NCBI GenBank assembly: GCA_951406725.2
Contig: OX597829.1
Span: 25,234,001 to 25,298,000, forward strand
Length of the DNA stretch: 64,000 nucleotides
Direction: 5' to 3'
From: Octopus vulgaris
Lineage: Eukaryota
Below, piece after piece: positions 1 to 13,378 of the stretch. Position 1 is the first letter of the stretch. Each line of letters starts with the position of its first letter. Made by a program: the position numbers and the translations under genes. The notes under the pieces were generated by a model. It saw only the letters and a list, made by a program, of their open reading frames with translations. It was not told the DNA's origin and searched no databases.

Positions 1-350
1 TATACATACATATATGTACGTACATACCTCTACATGTATATATACATGCATATATGGGTACAGGACACCAAAAAAAACGCCGAACACAATGAGAAACGAA
101 AGCATAAACACAAAACCAAGGAACTGGACATTTTTCTTAAACAACGAAAAAATAGAGTACAGGACAAATAACACAAGGAAAATTCCCTTCTTCAGTCGCC
201 ATGGTTTTTCGAAGGTGAAGGCGATATGCATCTTCGATAGAAACTTTCCTTCCCGTGAAAAGTAAATTAAACAAAATATACGGAGGGGTAAAAATGGTAA
301 CAAAAACAGGACAAGGAGAATAACAAGACAAGAAGGGCTGTTAAGCCGAA
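1..350. repeat. Interspersed repeat, inverted copy of 53830-54220, flanked by (TA)n; possibly Penelope-like
   Basis: Near-colinear reverse-complement match, e.g. cttcttcagtcgccatggttt / aaaccatggcgactgaagaag and aagggctgttaagccg / cggcttaacagccctt. Confidence 0.8.
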
Positions 351-629
351 CGAGATAAAGTGTTACGAATGCTATTTTTGAGAACGGCGAAGGAGCAACA
401 GAAAATGCCGTTTACACTTCAAGGAAGCTGGGTCAGAAAGACAGTAGCAGAGCTCTCGTCGCGGGTCAACGACGGGAGGGAGGGGGAGCAAGAGAAAGGG
501 AGAGAAAAAAAGGGAATGGTTGTGAGGAAACCAGAAAGAATGAAGAATGAGAGAGGGGGGGAGATAGTAAGGTAGAAGAAAAGGAAACCAGAAAGAATGA
601 AGGCTGAGAAAGGGAGGGGACAGAAAGGT

Positions 630-657
<28 letters not shown>

Positions 658-660
<3 letters not shown>

Positions 661-1035
661 TTGCGTCAGAAATTAATTAGCACTTCTCAAATTTCTACAT
701 TAAATAGGTTAAATCAATTAACCTTATGAGCTGTTCAAAACGCCTTACGCGATGAGAAAACTTAGTATGGTGTGATTTCGGTCCTTGCGAGGCGCTACCT
801 ATATCTATTAAACAAAGGAAGATTTGTCTGCATCCGCACTCCAAGTTGTTGCACTGCTATGTCAACATCATAAGGCTGTAGACTCTCAAACTGCTCTGCA
901 AACAAAGTTATGTCATCGTTCTGCGCAACAGTGAACTCGCAACAAAGCAATAGTTCGAGATATGGCCACTAGGTGACAGCACATACCTTGAGTGAAGAGC
1001 AAATCAGGGGTGTTAATTAATTTCTGACGGTAGTG
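658..1035. mobile_element. Tc1/mariner-type MITE
   Basis: 26-bp TIRs CACTTGCGTCAGAAATTAATTAGCAC / GTGTTAATTAATTTCTGACGGTAGTG, flanked by TA. Confidence 0.85.
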
Positions 1036-1378
1036 TATATATAAAAAAAATAAAGCATATTTTGTTCGTGATCAGAGACATTCGTAAACCAACATACTAC
1101 TGTATTAAATGAATAAGACAGCATATAGAACTTTACAAAAATAGACAAATGTTTTGGATCAGTATTATTTTGTAAAAGTAAAATACTCAGTTTTAGCAAT
1201 AAAATATCTTCAGAGAACAAATGAGTTACAGAATGAGAATTGTAGGTTGCATTCCTATAAATTTGTCATTGGTTCTTTATCAGAGCAAATGTGTCGGAGA
1301 TTCTTTATTTAAACACTTGAGCCTTTAAAAAAAAAAACATTTTAAGTATATCAAATTTGTCAATATCATAAGACTAAC

Positions 1379-1676
1379 CTCTTACTCCAGGTCCAGGAGT
1401 CATGCCTGTGTTAGAGGCTCCATTACCAACACCTCGATGATGGAGGATTCTTTGTTTTGCAGCTGCATTTTCCAGGAGTAATTTACGTTCCTTCTCTTCT
1501 TGTGCAGCCTCTAAATGGATCTGCTGTATTGTCTTTGGGTTATTCTCAGCCCTTCTTGGAACCCAATTGTTCTCGCGTAGTTCAATAGCATCTTGTAACA
1601 TGAAACGTACCCGTGATGAGGTCTTCTTTTCACTAACAATTTCTTTCATTTGTTGGAAATATATTTTCATAGTACC
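1379..1676 (-). CDS. eIF4G: eIF4G exon ending MIF4G (GTMKIYFQQMKEIVSEKKTSSRVRFMLQD...WVPRR...PKTIQQIH); gene continues beyond the window start
   Basis: SSRxRFMLQD, WVPRR and PKTI motifs; 298 nt, phase 0/1, G|GTTAGT donor. Confidence 0.97.
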
Positions 1677-1932
1677 CTATGTAAAAATAAAATAAAATAA
1701 TTAATTGATTAACTGAAAAGGGATTTATTTTTTTCCATTCAACTTCAAAGTGCAAACTGCTATGCATCTTTTTCATTTTGTAGCATAAAAATTTTATCAA
1801 AAGGTGCATGAATTTCCAGGCAAATCTTTTTATTGAATATTTTGCATTATAGAAAGATTTACATTTTACTTCCACAAAGATTTGACCTCATTAAATATTA
1901 ACTTGTAAATAGATAAAAAAAAAAAAACTCAC

Positions 1933-2089
1933 TTTTGATACGTCGGAATCCACTTCCTTGCCAACTGTTTTCAACAAGCGACATAAACACTCTAAACTCT
2001 CTTCATCTCTGGATTTTAGCAAATTACTAACACAATCATGCATAATTTTCTCTGTTAACATGTTTAATTTAAAAAGTTCACCAATAAAC
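1933..2089 (-). CDS. eIF4G: eIF4G MIF4G exon ([20 protein letters not shown]...[19 protein letters not shown])
   Basis: FIGELFKL and [11 protein letters not shown] motifs; 157 nt, phase 2/0. Confidence 0.97.
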
Positions 2090-2362
2090 CTACAGTAAAT
2101 TGAAACAAAAAATATGCAAGGTGATTAAAACTAACTGAATAAACTTAGGTTTTCATATATCAACATCAACTATTATTGTGCAAATGTGCTGTATTTTAGT
2201 GCAGAGGGAAAGGAGGAAAAATGAATGCATCCAACTGAAACTCAGTGGAAGTAAATGATCATTTAATTTCTCAAACATATAAGAAGCAGGAGTATGTTTT
2301 GTATTGAGACAGGTACATAATACTAGAAACAAGATGGGAGAGGGGGAGAAAAAAAAACTCAC

Positions 2363-2442
2363 CGTATGTTTCCTATCGATCGTCTCTTAGCAGCTGAAAA
2401 TGCTTCTTCTAACTCTTCTTTTAACCTCTTTTTAGTTTCATC
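2363..2442 (-). CDS. eIF4G: eIF4G MIF4G exon (DETKKRLKEELEEAFSAAKRRSIGNIR)
   Basis: RRSxGNI motif; GTGAGT donor; 80 nt, phase 0/2. Confidence 0.96.
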
Positions 2443-3095
2443 CTGAGAATAACAAATACGGAGATTTTATTTCCCGTTCCACAAACACTAAAATTCAGAT
2501 AAAAAGCCTTCTAGAAAAACTTTTTTTTTCTTTAACAAAACTAAGATCTATCTCAAACTATAAAGACAAAATTAGGTGAAATATCAACAACCTAACCAAC
2601 GGCTACCAAAATATTTTAACATCTATGAAGTAGCTAAATCATCTTCCCTGCCTCCCTCAAGATATTAAGTGATATTTGTAGAATATAATGTAGTTCCAAA
2701 TGTCTCATCATACAAAAGATAAGGGATGACCTGGAGGCTAATGGTAAATTGTTATAAAGAACTGAATCCAGTAATTTAAGAGAATGTTGTCGGGCTTAAA
2801 ACTAATTACAGACAACATATCTAGTAAAAATCAAAAGTTTTGCTGCAATATTTCAATCAAGTCCATTAATATGCTAATGTGAATGTGCAATCCCATCACA
2901 GGAATTTTCCTTTCCAATAGTTGCACATTGTTGATTGTAATAAACTTAAGTTCTCAGACTAGAGACAACAAATAAGTTACTAAATTGCTACCTGTACACC
3001 AAAAACATTCTGAAATATGAAAGTAAGGGAGTTAAATGAAGATCTCAGCAAAATATTTGTACTATAGCCACTTGTATTTCTAAAGTTATACTTAC

Positions 3096-3239
3096 ACTAT
3101 CAGCATTCTCGAGCTCCTTCTGCTTTTTAATGAGGTCAGCTTCTTCAGAAGAATGCTTTTCAAATTCAACTTGACATCGATTTAATAAAGTATCTCGGAA
3201 GTTCACTGTGCCTTGGTGTGATGATGAAGGGACCTTTAT
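3096..3239 (-). CDS. eIF4G: eIF4G MIF4G exon (IKVPSSSHQGTVNFRDTLLNRCQVEFEK...ENADS)
   Basis: VNFRxxLLNRCQxEFEK motif; 144 nt, phase 0/0. Confidence 0.96.
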
Positions 3240-3559
3240 CTAAAATATTCATGAATGAAAAAATTAATGCAATATTTAAAAACAAAAAGCTTCTGATGAG
3301 TGACATATTTTTTCAAATAGCTGCCAATGATTCAATATATGACAAAGATTACCTCATTGAAGATAGGAGGGGAATAAGTATCTAATCCTTCACATCATGG
3401 TGGGAATAATATCTTCAAATGGTGGTATTATTCTTTTCTCCAGGCCTAAGCATTTGTTCTTTTAATTAGGTTTATTAAGATTTTGTTGTTTCAGTGTTCT
3501 CTATAAGACATCCATTATTAAAGGGATCCAAAACCAAACTCCTACATCCTAGTTGTAGA

Positions 3560-5350
3560 TCCTGGGAAATGCCAAAGTAGAATATTGCTTGGCAGGGTGA
3601 AGTACAGTTGTGTCTTTGCTGATCTCGGGCAACTACAGTAGCTGTGGAAGCCTGTCAAAAACCTCAAAGCAATAGGCTTTGGATTGGCATCAAGGTGACC
3701 CTTGAAAGATGTAGGCTTTGTCAGCTTGACACAGCTCCATTGTTCAAGAACATGATGAGCTATGGAGTATGACTGAGTGAAATGTGCAGGCACCTTGTAT
3801 GCAAACAGTTCATCTAAACCCAGCATGATGCTCTCCACCTCAAATTCTTCAAGTCCAAAGGCGACGTCTCTTTGAGCAGCAGAAGCAAGTCTGGTTCATA
3901 AGCTAGAAGCTTGCTTCTATCTCTTGAAGAGACATTAGTGACATGCACATGGTAGTTGAAATAGAAGTGATGAAGGATTTTGGCAGCTGTACACATCAGA
4001 CCTGGTCTATTTAGGACCACTGTAGCCCTCCCTGTACAGGGAAGCCTGTAGAAAACGTGGGGTAATTATCAGACACTAATCTCCTCATCTTCCTGCAACT
4101 GGCAGACACCTATTGCAGCAGTGAAAAATCTCAATCTCAGACTGAAACCCTACCTCATCATCAAACCTTTTGATCTAACTCTCTGATTTTGGGAGCATGA
4201 AAATAAGAATTCTGACGAACATGCAAACTACATATGGACCTGAAAGGCATACCATGCATCTCAAGAACTCATCCGATACAACATCACTGTAACAGCTCTG
4301 AGTGGAACTCATTTCTCCAGAAGTCTGCATCAAAGAAGTTGGCTACACGTTCTTTTGGAAAGGAAGGATGCCATTAAATCTTGCCTCTATGACATTGGAC
4401 TTGCCATGAAAAACAAGCTGGTCAACAAATACACGACCCCAACATCAACATGTGAATGTCTGATGTCCATCTGAATTCCACTTTTCGTGGCCATCTGCCT
4501 CTTCTCCGATTATTCACTCAGATGACAAAAGTGAAAATGCTTTCAATGACTCAATGTTACCATCCAAGCTTTTCCACAAAATGATAAACTGACCATCTTG
4601 GGTGACTTCAACACCCAATTCAGTCATGATCACTGGCAAGGTATCAGCAAACAAGGGAATGGAAACTGCAATTCCAACAGACTCCTCTTCCTCGGACAGT
4701 TACAACCACCAACTTCTGTCTTCTAACTGGCCACGACACAACCTGGCAACATCCAAGGTCAAAACAGAGGCATATTCTGGATTACGTACAGTCAAGGATC
4801 CAAGACAAGAAGGACATGAGAATCACCATATCCTTATCAGTGGTTGATGGTTGCTGAACCAATCAACTCTTCCATTCATCCACCACTTCAGAATCCTAAC
4901 ACTCAAAAGCACAAACCAAGATATGGCTGTCACAAGCTGAAGAATGCTGGAATATATACCAAGCTTCCCAAATTGGAAGCTAATCAGCATCTGAGGTAAA
5001 ACAGAACAGGAATCCTTCAGCAAATAATTGGAACATGCTGCCTGAAAGCTATAACATCTACTGCAGACAAAGTCATTAGCTACTCTAAGCACCAGTACCA
5101 AAACTGGATTACTAGAAACAGTGAAGAGATCAAACACTCGATCACTAAGAAAAGCATAGCAAATATTGCTTTTGAAAACCACTCAACTAGAAACAAGAAA
5201 TGCAGATGTGTCAAGCAAAGACTGCAGACCAGGGAGATTTTTGGCTACATCATGTCATCTAGCGTTGCATTGAAAATTTCTGATAGTCAAACCTCCACCA
5301 CAGAAGAGATCATGCATTTTCTCCTGAAAGACCATTGTTAAACCTCTTGA
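3560..5350 (+). mobile_element. Decayed RTE-like LINE, 5' region with AP-endonuclease remnants
   Basis: Frame-broken peptides ELIRYNITVTALS, EVGYTFFWKG, KLTILGDFN, NCNSNRLL, TWQHPRSKQRHILDY (about 4260-4790). Boundaries approximate. Confidence 0.75.
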
Positions 5351-5907
5351 GGAACATTCTTGCAAACATATATAAAAATACCTATGTGTAGTCAACTTAC
5401 TTGGGTAGGCGACAGTGACAAAAAGTAAAACCCACATTCACAATATATACCAATGACCATAACTTATTGCATGAATATGGATGTAATTTCCTGATACAAT
5501 TATTCTACCATGACATTCTTAATACTCACAAAATGCAAATACCTCCCACTCGGCATACTGAATCTGATATTTTAGCTTATTCAGGTTTTTTTTTTTTATG
5601 GGAAGATACCCTCCATATCACCTTCCACTTTTGATATATTTGTTTGCAAAGGGACTGTCTGGTAATGGTCTAAAGCATCTGTTTTCAACTATTTAGAGTT
5701 ACTCCTTCTCTATCTGGTTCAACTGCAACTGTCCACGTCTACACCACGTTTTTTATTCGTTAATGTCTAATTCATTTCATACAGAAGGAATGCATAGTAT
5801 ACTATATTATATTATTTAGGCCCCAAGGGTGTAAACAGTCAAGAGACTTAACAATATTGAATACTGTTTATTAGATAGAATTACTGAAAAATATTAAGAG
5901 TACTTAC

Positions 5908-5967
5908 TTTTACAAGACAATTGCAAAGATTTGCATACGCAACACTGAAGCTGGGTTCACTAATAGC
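5908..5967 (-). CDS. eIF4G: eIF4G MIF4G exon (AISEPSFSVAYANLCNCLVK)
   Basis: Hallmark AISEPxFSVAYAxxC motif; GTAAGT donor; 60 nt. Confidence 0.96.
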
Positions 5968-6696
5968 CTACAAGATAAAATAGAATATTAAGGAAATTAT
6001 GCATATACATAAAATATGATGCAGACTCAACCAAAATTTCATCCGTACAACACACTACCACGTGCAAGAAATTTAATGTAGAAACAGTGCAGGTATTTGA
6101 AACTGCTTTACTAATCTTGTTATGATTGCAGTACAGCAGTGTAAGAAGTATTTCATTTCAGTCATTCTGAAACCAATCCCACCCACACCGCATAAGGAGT
6201 ACATTACTAGAAATTTCATTTAAAAAAATTGGATGAAGAATGTAAGGATTACAGAATCCTCAGATTCAAGATACCCCCACCTCCATAAGCTGAATCAAAG
6301 CAATTAAAATCTTGGAAACTTCCATAAGTTATCTTTTAGAAAACTCTGTTGTAGACATTCACTTGATCAAAAACATCAAAAGTAGCAAGTAAAAAAAACC
6401 ATTTTAAAGCTTAGATTTTATATCATTTCCTAACTCCCCAAAACTTCGCCATCGAGTTGTAAATTGATAGTCACTTGAAACTTTATTCTGACTCAATTTG
6501 TTAAGCAAGCAACCAACACAAACTTTCTTGAATAGACAATCCATTTAGAAATGTGCACAGCCAAGAGAAACAAAGCAATCAATTCTATCACATACTGAGT
6601 TAAATATTAGTTGCAATAAGATCCTCCAATTTTGAATGCACAGTTATAAAGAAAAAAAAAATCATTCATAATATCCTTCTAGCATATCACCAAAAT

Positions 6697-6830
6697 TATA
6701 TATATGCACATATATATACATATATGCATATGTATATATATGCACATATATATATATATATGCATATATATATATATATATATATATGCATATATATCAG
6801 CATACATATATATATATATATATATCAGCA
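6697..6830. repeat. (TA)n/(TATG)n microsatellite
   Basis: Direct inspection. Confidence 0.9.
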
Positions 6831-7353
6831 TACATAAGTTGTCAAAAATGCAGAGTATTATTAATGACAGAAAATGGCAACAATCAAATGTATGCATAAA
6901 TACAGAATTGAAGTGCTTGCAGAATCAGATATGGTTGTAAAGGTATGTGTGTGTGTGTGCACACACATAAAGACGAACACATTATGTCAAAGATATATAC
7001 ATATATATATGAATCATTTTTTCCCCCATGCTTGAATGGATCAGACACATTGTGTATTACTTGATGTTCATCCTATTGCCAATCCTCACCTATTTTCAAG
7101 TAATATTTCACCATGTCCATACATGTTTATGACATCGACACAGTAAAACAAACTAACACGCATACATTATACAATTGGGTATTCAAATATAGATACACAA
7201 TGGAGAATACTAGTCTACAGAGAATATATTGAAAGACCTTTAATTCATCTCCAGATACCCACTCCCAAAACAAACTTGAGAACCAAGCAGAATCTGGCAG
7301 TTTTCAGATATGAAAATATAAAAATATATGTATATATATATATAAATATTTAC

Positions 7354-7488
7354 CTTCTCAAATAATAAGCCAATTACAATTTTAAGCTTATTTTCAGTAT
7401 TGATGTTTATTTCTTTGATTTGGGACAGCAAGACTTCAAATTTCTGGGGTGTTAACTTGTTTAAAATGCTTCTGACTTTCTTATTGAT
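7354..7488 (-). CDS. eIF4G: eIF4G MIF4G exon (INKKVRSILNKLTPQKFEVLL...LFEK)
   Basis: Hallmark VRSILNKLTP motif; 135 nt, phase 0/0. Confidence 0.96.
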
Positions 7489-8816
7489 CTGTTTATATAG
7501 ACAAACAGTAAAAAAAAAGTGAAAGGGAGAGGAGAGCACAGAGGGGGGAAAAAGACATGGTTACACAATGATCGTTAAAAATAATTTGAGTATCAAATTT
7601 TAAAATGAATCAACTATTACAATTATCCATATCAACATAGAAATCCGTTTTCTTTTTTTAATGATAGTATAAGTTCTAAGCATTTTGTAAGCTCTGGTCA
7701 TTTTGATATGAAAATTTGATAAATATATATTGAAAATTTTTTGTACATTCATGAACAGAAAAACCTGTATTAGAGCTAGAGCATTCACATCAGATGTAAT
7801 AAATGATAAGAGAATGCATGGAGAGGTACTGTATTGCACTGCTGTCCAAGTCGTAGCAGCTTGATAAAACAATTATGTACGATGTACAAAAGCAAAGTAC
7901 ACACTGAAATGGCCTAGAGATACAATGTTCAGTTGCTATAGCTCCAGTAATGTACAGATAAAAATCAAAACATGAGGCTACAATAGAAATAATGCCCAAT
8001 CAAGATAATGATATATAACACTCATTTTGCTCAATGTTTTAATTCTTAATTTCATTTTGTTGCAGCACATCTTCACCATATTCTGAATTACTGAAATTTT
8101 TTTAACTACACTGGAAAAGATATCTCAGTCCATGTAATTTTTTTCATACAACTTGAGATACTTCACTCCAGGAATTCACATACATTTCAGCAAATGTCTA
8201 TCTATGGTTATAAAAAGAAATAAAGCTATATTTCTGTGCAATGCACAATACTGGAGTCATTAACATGCCTTTACAGCTCAATATATCCAATATAATAATA
8301 GAAGAACAAACCACAAGTGATAACAATAGCTTTTCATACTTGAAATACAGATACAAACACCCTGCATTTATCTTGTGTTATTATCTAGCAGAGGTCTTGG
8401 TCTCTGCTAAGGATGTTCACACTATATTTAGCTGAGATGCTTTGTACCCAAATTTTAGGTTAAGGAATTTTAAATCAATGATATGCAGGGTGGCACATGA
8501 AAAAGCACAGCTTTTCATTTGCCAATGTCACTGTATTCTTTCGACAACTTGTAACTCAGAACATGGTAAAGCAGGGTCTAAGAAAACAAAATCTACTAAC
8601 ATGGCCAGTGTTGCACGATAACATAAGTCAAGCAGTATTCTATTGTTTCCTAAGCAACAATAGAATACTGCTTATACGTTTCATTTTTTCGTTTATATAT
8701 ATATATTTCTATAGATATAAACAAAGAAACGTAATGACTATTAACGTCACTTGAGTTTTATAAAAATGCTGCAAAAGGGAATACTTTAATGTGCTTAAAC
8801 AGAAATGATTACTCAC

Positions 8817-8993
8817 ATCATCCTCATCATCATCTTCCTCCTCCTTATTATGTTTATGTGTTGGTCTCCAAGCATTATCACATCTTTTTAGTGGCATCTC
8901 AGTCGATAAATTGACTCCAGTTATTTTCTTTACTTCTTTACGTGCGCCCCCTTGCTGGCTACCTCTTTTGGGAATATTTCTAACATTTCCAGG
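8817..8993 (-). CDS. eIF4G: eIF4G exon (PGNVRNIPKRGSQQGGARKEVKKI...CDNAWRPTHK...DDEDD)
   Basis: Conserved SQQG and AWRP motifs just before MIF4G; GTGAGT donor; 177 nt, phase 0/0. Confidence 0.92.
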
Positions 8994-10446
8994 CTTAAAA
9001 GGAGAGTAAAAAAAAAATCTTTAAAAACATTAACACATAATGTACTTAGTTTCATATAACTAACCCTCTCGATACCAAGCTGCTTGTACCTGCCCAGGAA
9101 TTAAAATGGCGAATGATACCAAACCACTTGAAACCAGCTGTAACAACCTATTCATATTTAAACCAAAATTTCAGCACATATCTCATTAGTATCAATAATA
9201 TTAACCCTTTTGATACTAACTCGGCCATAGCTAGTTGAAAAATTTATTTGTTCATAAGACCAACCCAGCTGTAGCTGGGCAAGAGTACCCAATGTTATTA
9301 CACTGCAACATTATTTTACATGGTATCTGAGCGCTGCTAATCTTTGGAAAACCCCACCTTTTTTATTATTCAAATTTTCTGAAATGTTTCACTATGGATG
9401 AAAACTGGATATCAGTTTCATGTTGTTAAGCAGTGAATTTGAATTCCAATTATTTTTGAAAGAAGACATAGAAAACTAAGACTATATATGGCAAACATAA
9501 AAACTACGTGTGTAATTATGCATAGGATATTTTTTCCCAAAAGTGCAATAATTCTAAGTTTAGATAGCAGTGGGGACCAAGGAATTTGTACCTGAATAAA
9601 GTAAAAATTAAAAATCTCTTTGTTAGATATTTTTAGGGAATTAAACCTAGTCAGTCTTTGCAAGGAAAGTAAACTGCTTGTTTTTTGGTTTTTTAAAAAC
9701 TTTATTGCAGATATGAATTGTTATGCAGAACAGACGGAGAAAAATTACTTTAAGGTTCCACAACATAAAAGACAGTAATCCGAGAAGCTTTGGGAATGTT
9801 ACATGAGAATGTACAAGCTTCTTTGAATCAGATATTTTTTTCCAAAAGAAACAATTCTGACAACAGTTCCAAGAGGAAAGGGGAAGAAAGAATTTGTACA
9901 TGAATATAGTAACAGTTAAAAAACTGTTCTTGCTGTAGACATTGCAAGGAAACAAAACCATTAAATTATTTTTTATTTTTACTTAAATCAAATAGTGTGG
10001 AAACAAATGTAAACAAAAAGGGGGGGGAAATATTTTGAGGTTTTCAACATACTTGGAAGAAAATTAGAAATCAGAACTTAGGAAAATTGTGCCAATATAT
10101 TTATTTATTTATAAATATATATATTTATATCTTTTAGACTTTACTTTCAATTCCCCTGCATCATTCATGAAAAAGTTTGATTAATTTGGATTGTGAATCA
10201 TTATTATTATTATTATTATTATTATAAGTGTGTATTTACATACACATGTGAGCATATTTCATTTCCTAGTTTCCTTCAAAGACAAATTTCAGTATTTTGT
10301 TCTATTTTACCCTAATGGCACACTTGTCTTATGTGGATTAAGTTCAATTTTTAAATAATCCAGTTACTTGCACAATTCCTTACTATTAAAATTTTTGTTG
10401 TATACTCATCGAATATTAGTAACTCATTTTCTATGCTGATGTTTAA

Positions 10447-13013
10447 CCCTTTCGTTACCAAACCGCCCAAAGCCGCCCGAAAAAAATTTTGGTTCATGTG
10501 ACCAAGCTGCGCAAAACCGCCCGTAATCTCCTATTCATATTTAAATGAGAATATCAGAGCAAATCTTGTTAGTACATTCATGAAAACACGTGATTATACT
10601 TCGTAAACAGTTCATCTACACTTTTGAACAACGATTGACATGTAATTTTAATTCTGTGGAATTTTTGGAGATTTTTTTCCAAATTTGTTCCTGTTGTGTT
10701 TTCGAAATTTGTAATTATGACAAGAAATGGATACAAATTTCATTCTGTCAAGGAGCGAGTCAGAATTCGAAGGATTTTCTACTGAAGACCTTGATAAATC
10801 TAACTCTATGACTGAAAAAAAAAAAGCACGTGTATTTGAAAATGAATCCGATGTTTCATTTTCCGAAAGTGAGAGCAGTGAATCCGAGAGCTCTGACAGC
10901 GATGAAGAAAATGTATTGGCACCTGAATGGAGTGAAAATTTAAAAACTGTTTTTTCTAGTGATTTTTCTAAAGAAACTGGACCAAGCCACAGTCTTTCCC
11001 AGGAGAGTAAAGCGATAGACTATTTCTTTTTACTTTTTCCGATGAGTCTATTTGAACTTATTACGGCAGAAACAAACCGTCACGCTAAATGTAAACAAAG
11101 CGAAAGAAAGGATAGTTTGTGGGTTCCACAACCTTAAATGAAATTAAGGCCTATTTTGCCATAAATATTATGGGCATCAGAAAGTTACCCAGAATAACAA
11201 ATTACTGGAGTAGCGATGAGCCCTTTGGAGACGAATATGTATCGAATATAATGACGAGGACACCATTTTTAAAAGTGACCCAATAATTGCATGTAAGAGA
11301 CACGAGCAGTACACCAGTGCGTGGAGAACCAGGCTTTGATCCCCAATTTAAAATAAGACCCCTTATTGACTGTGTTCAAAACACATAAAACTGTTTATAA
11401 GCCAGGGAGATGTTTATCAATTGATGAGGGTATGGTGGGCTATAAAGGCCGAGTACGTTTTCGACAGTATATGCCCGGAAAGCCCACAAAATGGGGGATC
11501 AAAGTTTGGAAGATTTGCGAATCGAATACTGGGAACTGCTCAGGATTTGAATTTTATACAGGTAAAAGAGACAATTATGTAAGTCAGCATGGCCTAGGGT
11601 ACGATGTGGTCTGAAATTTATCACTTCCATACCATAACCAGGGCCGTATATCATTTTTTGACCGATTTTTCAGTTCGGTCAAACTTGCGGAGAATTTAGA
11701 TACTGTGGCAACACATATATGTGCTACAGTGATCGCTAGCAGAAAAGGACTGCTGTTGGATATAAAAAAAAAGGTGAAATAATTCAACGACAGAAAGTAA
11801 ATTTGCTAGCGACCGCATACAGAGATAAGAGGCAGATCAATTTTCTGTCTACCTGTGCACAGCCACCTGTGGATGAAAATGGCATGCCATTTGTGAACCT
11901 CGATTGTAACAGGTACATGGGTGGTGTAGATCGGCTGAATCAGATGATGTCTTACTATCCAGTTGGCAGACCAGGGAATAAATGGTGGCAATACCTGGTT
12001 TGGTATATAGTAAACAGGAGTATTACTAATGTGTTTATACTATATACCAAATTGGGACCGGCTCGGAAGCAATGCGACCATCTGCAGTTCCAAGCAGATG
12101 TAGCAATGCAACTAAGAGCTGGTTATTCCTCCCCCAAAAAAAAAATTTTTTTAAATAACTGTAGGGAGAAAAAGCAAAGCCTGCCAGAGGGATATCCCTC
12201 GAATTCAGTCGATCTACATAATTTAGAAAAAAAAAAAAAAAAAAAAAAAAATCGAGGGTCGCGAATGCCTTCATCAAAAATGGAAAGCTCCTAGTGGAAG
12301 GGCTGTTGAAACAACCTTCCAATGTGCATTCTGCAAGGTTGCATTATGTAGAGCAGGGTGCTTTACAAGTTTTCACGATAGGAATATTGTTTGATTTGTA
12401 TATATGTGTGATTTGATTTTATAAATATTTTCAAATTTACTTCATTTTTATTTGTGTAATTTTAATTTACTTGTTATTTTAATTTACCTCTAAGGTGAGT
12501 GACGAATTTTGATTAATTTCTTTTGCAAATCATTATTGTATCTAATGTATGTGGGAGAGCTTATTTAATCTAGTTGATGGTGTGTGTATTTTGTTTTCTA
12601 GTTTTCTTCACAGACAAATTCCAGTCTTTTGTTTTACTTACACCCTCATGGTACACCTGTCTTGAATCCAGTAATGTGCACAACTCTTCTATAGTAAAAT
12701 TTTGGTGTATACCCAATTGAATATTAGCTAATAACCCATTTTCTATAGCGATGTTTGAACAAAAATTTTAATAATTTTTTATTTTGTTGAATTTACCTGT
12801 ATCTGTCTGCAATTAGAGTCACTTTGTGACAAAAGTTATGGTATAGAATTGTTTGAGAACCTTTCATTAAATTATCTTCCAAAAATCACATTAATATATT
12901 TGATAAAAAAGTTATAGTTGTTTAATGAAACCAGACTAAATTTATGATTATGTTAGAAATTAATTGAAACGCATAAGGAGTGTATTTTTGTCAGAAATAT
13001 AGTAACGAATGGG
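10447..13013 (+). mobile_element. Near-full-length piggyBac transposon
   Basis: TTAA target-site duplication at 10443-10446 and 13014-13017; TIRs CCCTTTCGTTAC / GTAACGAATGGG; subterminal ACCGCCC repeats; internal transposase. Confidence 0.95.
10727..12394 (+). pseudogene. piggyBac (PGBD-like DDD) transposase, frameshifted
   Basis: Acidic N-terminus, SIDEGMVGYKGR, YMPGKPTKWGIKVW, FFDRFFSSV, YMGGVDR and C-terminal Cys-rich TTFQCAFCKVALCRAGCFTSFH; several frameshifts and stops. Confidence 0.92.
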
Positions 13014-13378
13014 TTAAACAACTTTTAATAATTTTATGCTTTGTTGAATTTACCTATTTACCTGTAATTAGATTCACTTTGAGATAAAAATTATGAAACA
13101 GATTTGGTTAATAACCGTTAGTTGAATTACATTCCTAAAATCAATATATTGATAATAATTTAGAATTTCATTGAAACACATAAGGAGAGTATTTTGATAA
13201 GAAATATAGTAACAAAAGGGTTAATGATCCTATTTGTTTACAATTACAGTCATTTTCTTAGATGAAATTTCTACACTAGAAAAGTCCCTGAGGAGAAAAA
13301 CTAGAATGGAACATCATATAAGATAAATCTCAAGTTTCTAATATTTACAAAATTTATAAAGCAAACAATGTTACATAC

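Larger units (their letters stand above)
9064..13220 (+). mobile_element. Older degenerate piggyBac-family element hosting a younger piggyBac
   Basis: Left end CCCTCTCGATACC after CTAA, right end GTAACAAAAGGG before TTAA (13221-13224); 9064-9680 aligns with 19416-19940; a further left-end fragment starts at 9205. Confidence 0.75.

Noticed and set aside
2620-2711. C/D box snoRNA (ATGATGA on the minus strand, short 18S-like complement)
   Set aside because: No CTGA D box or terminal stem at a suitable distance.
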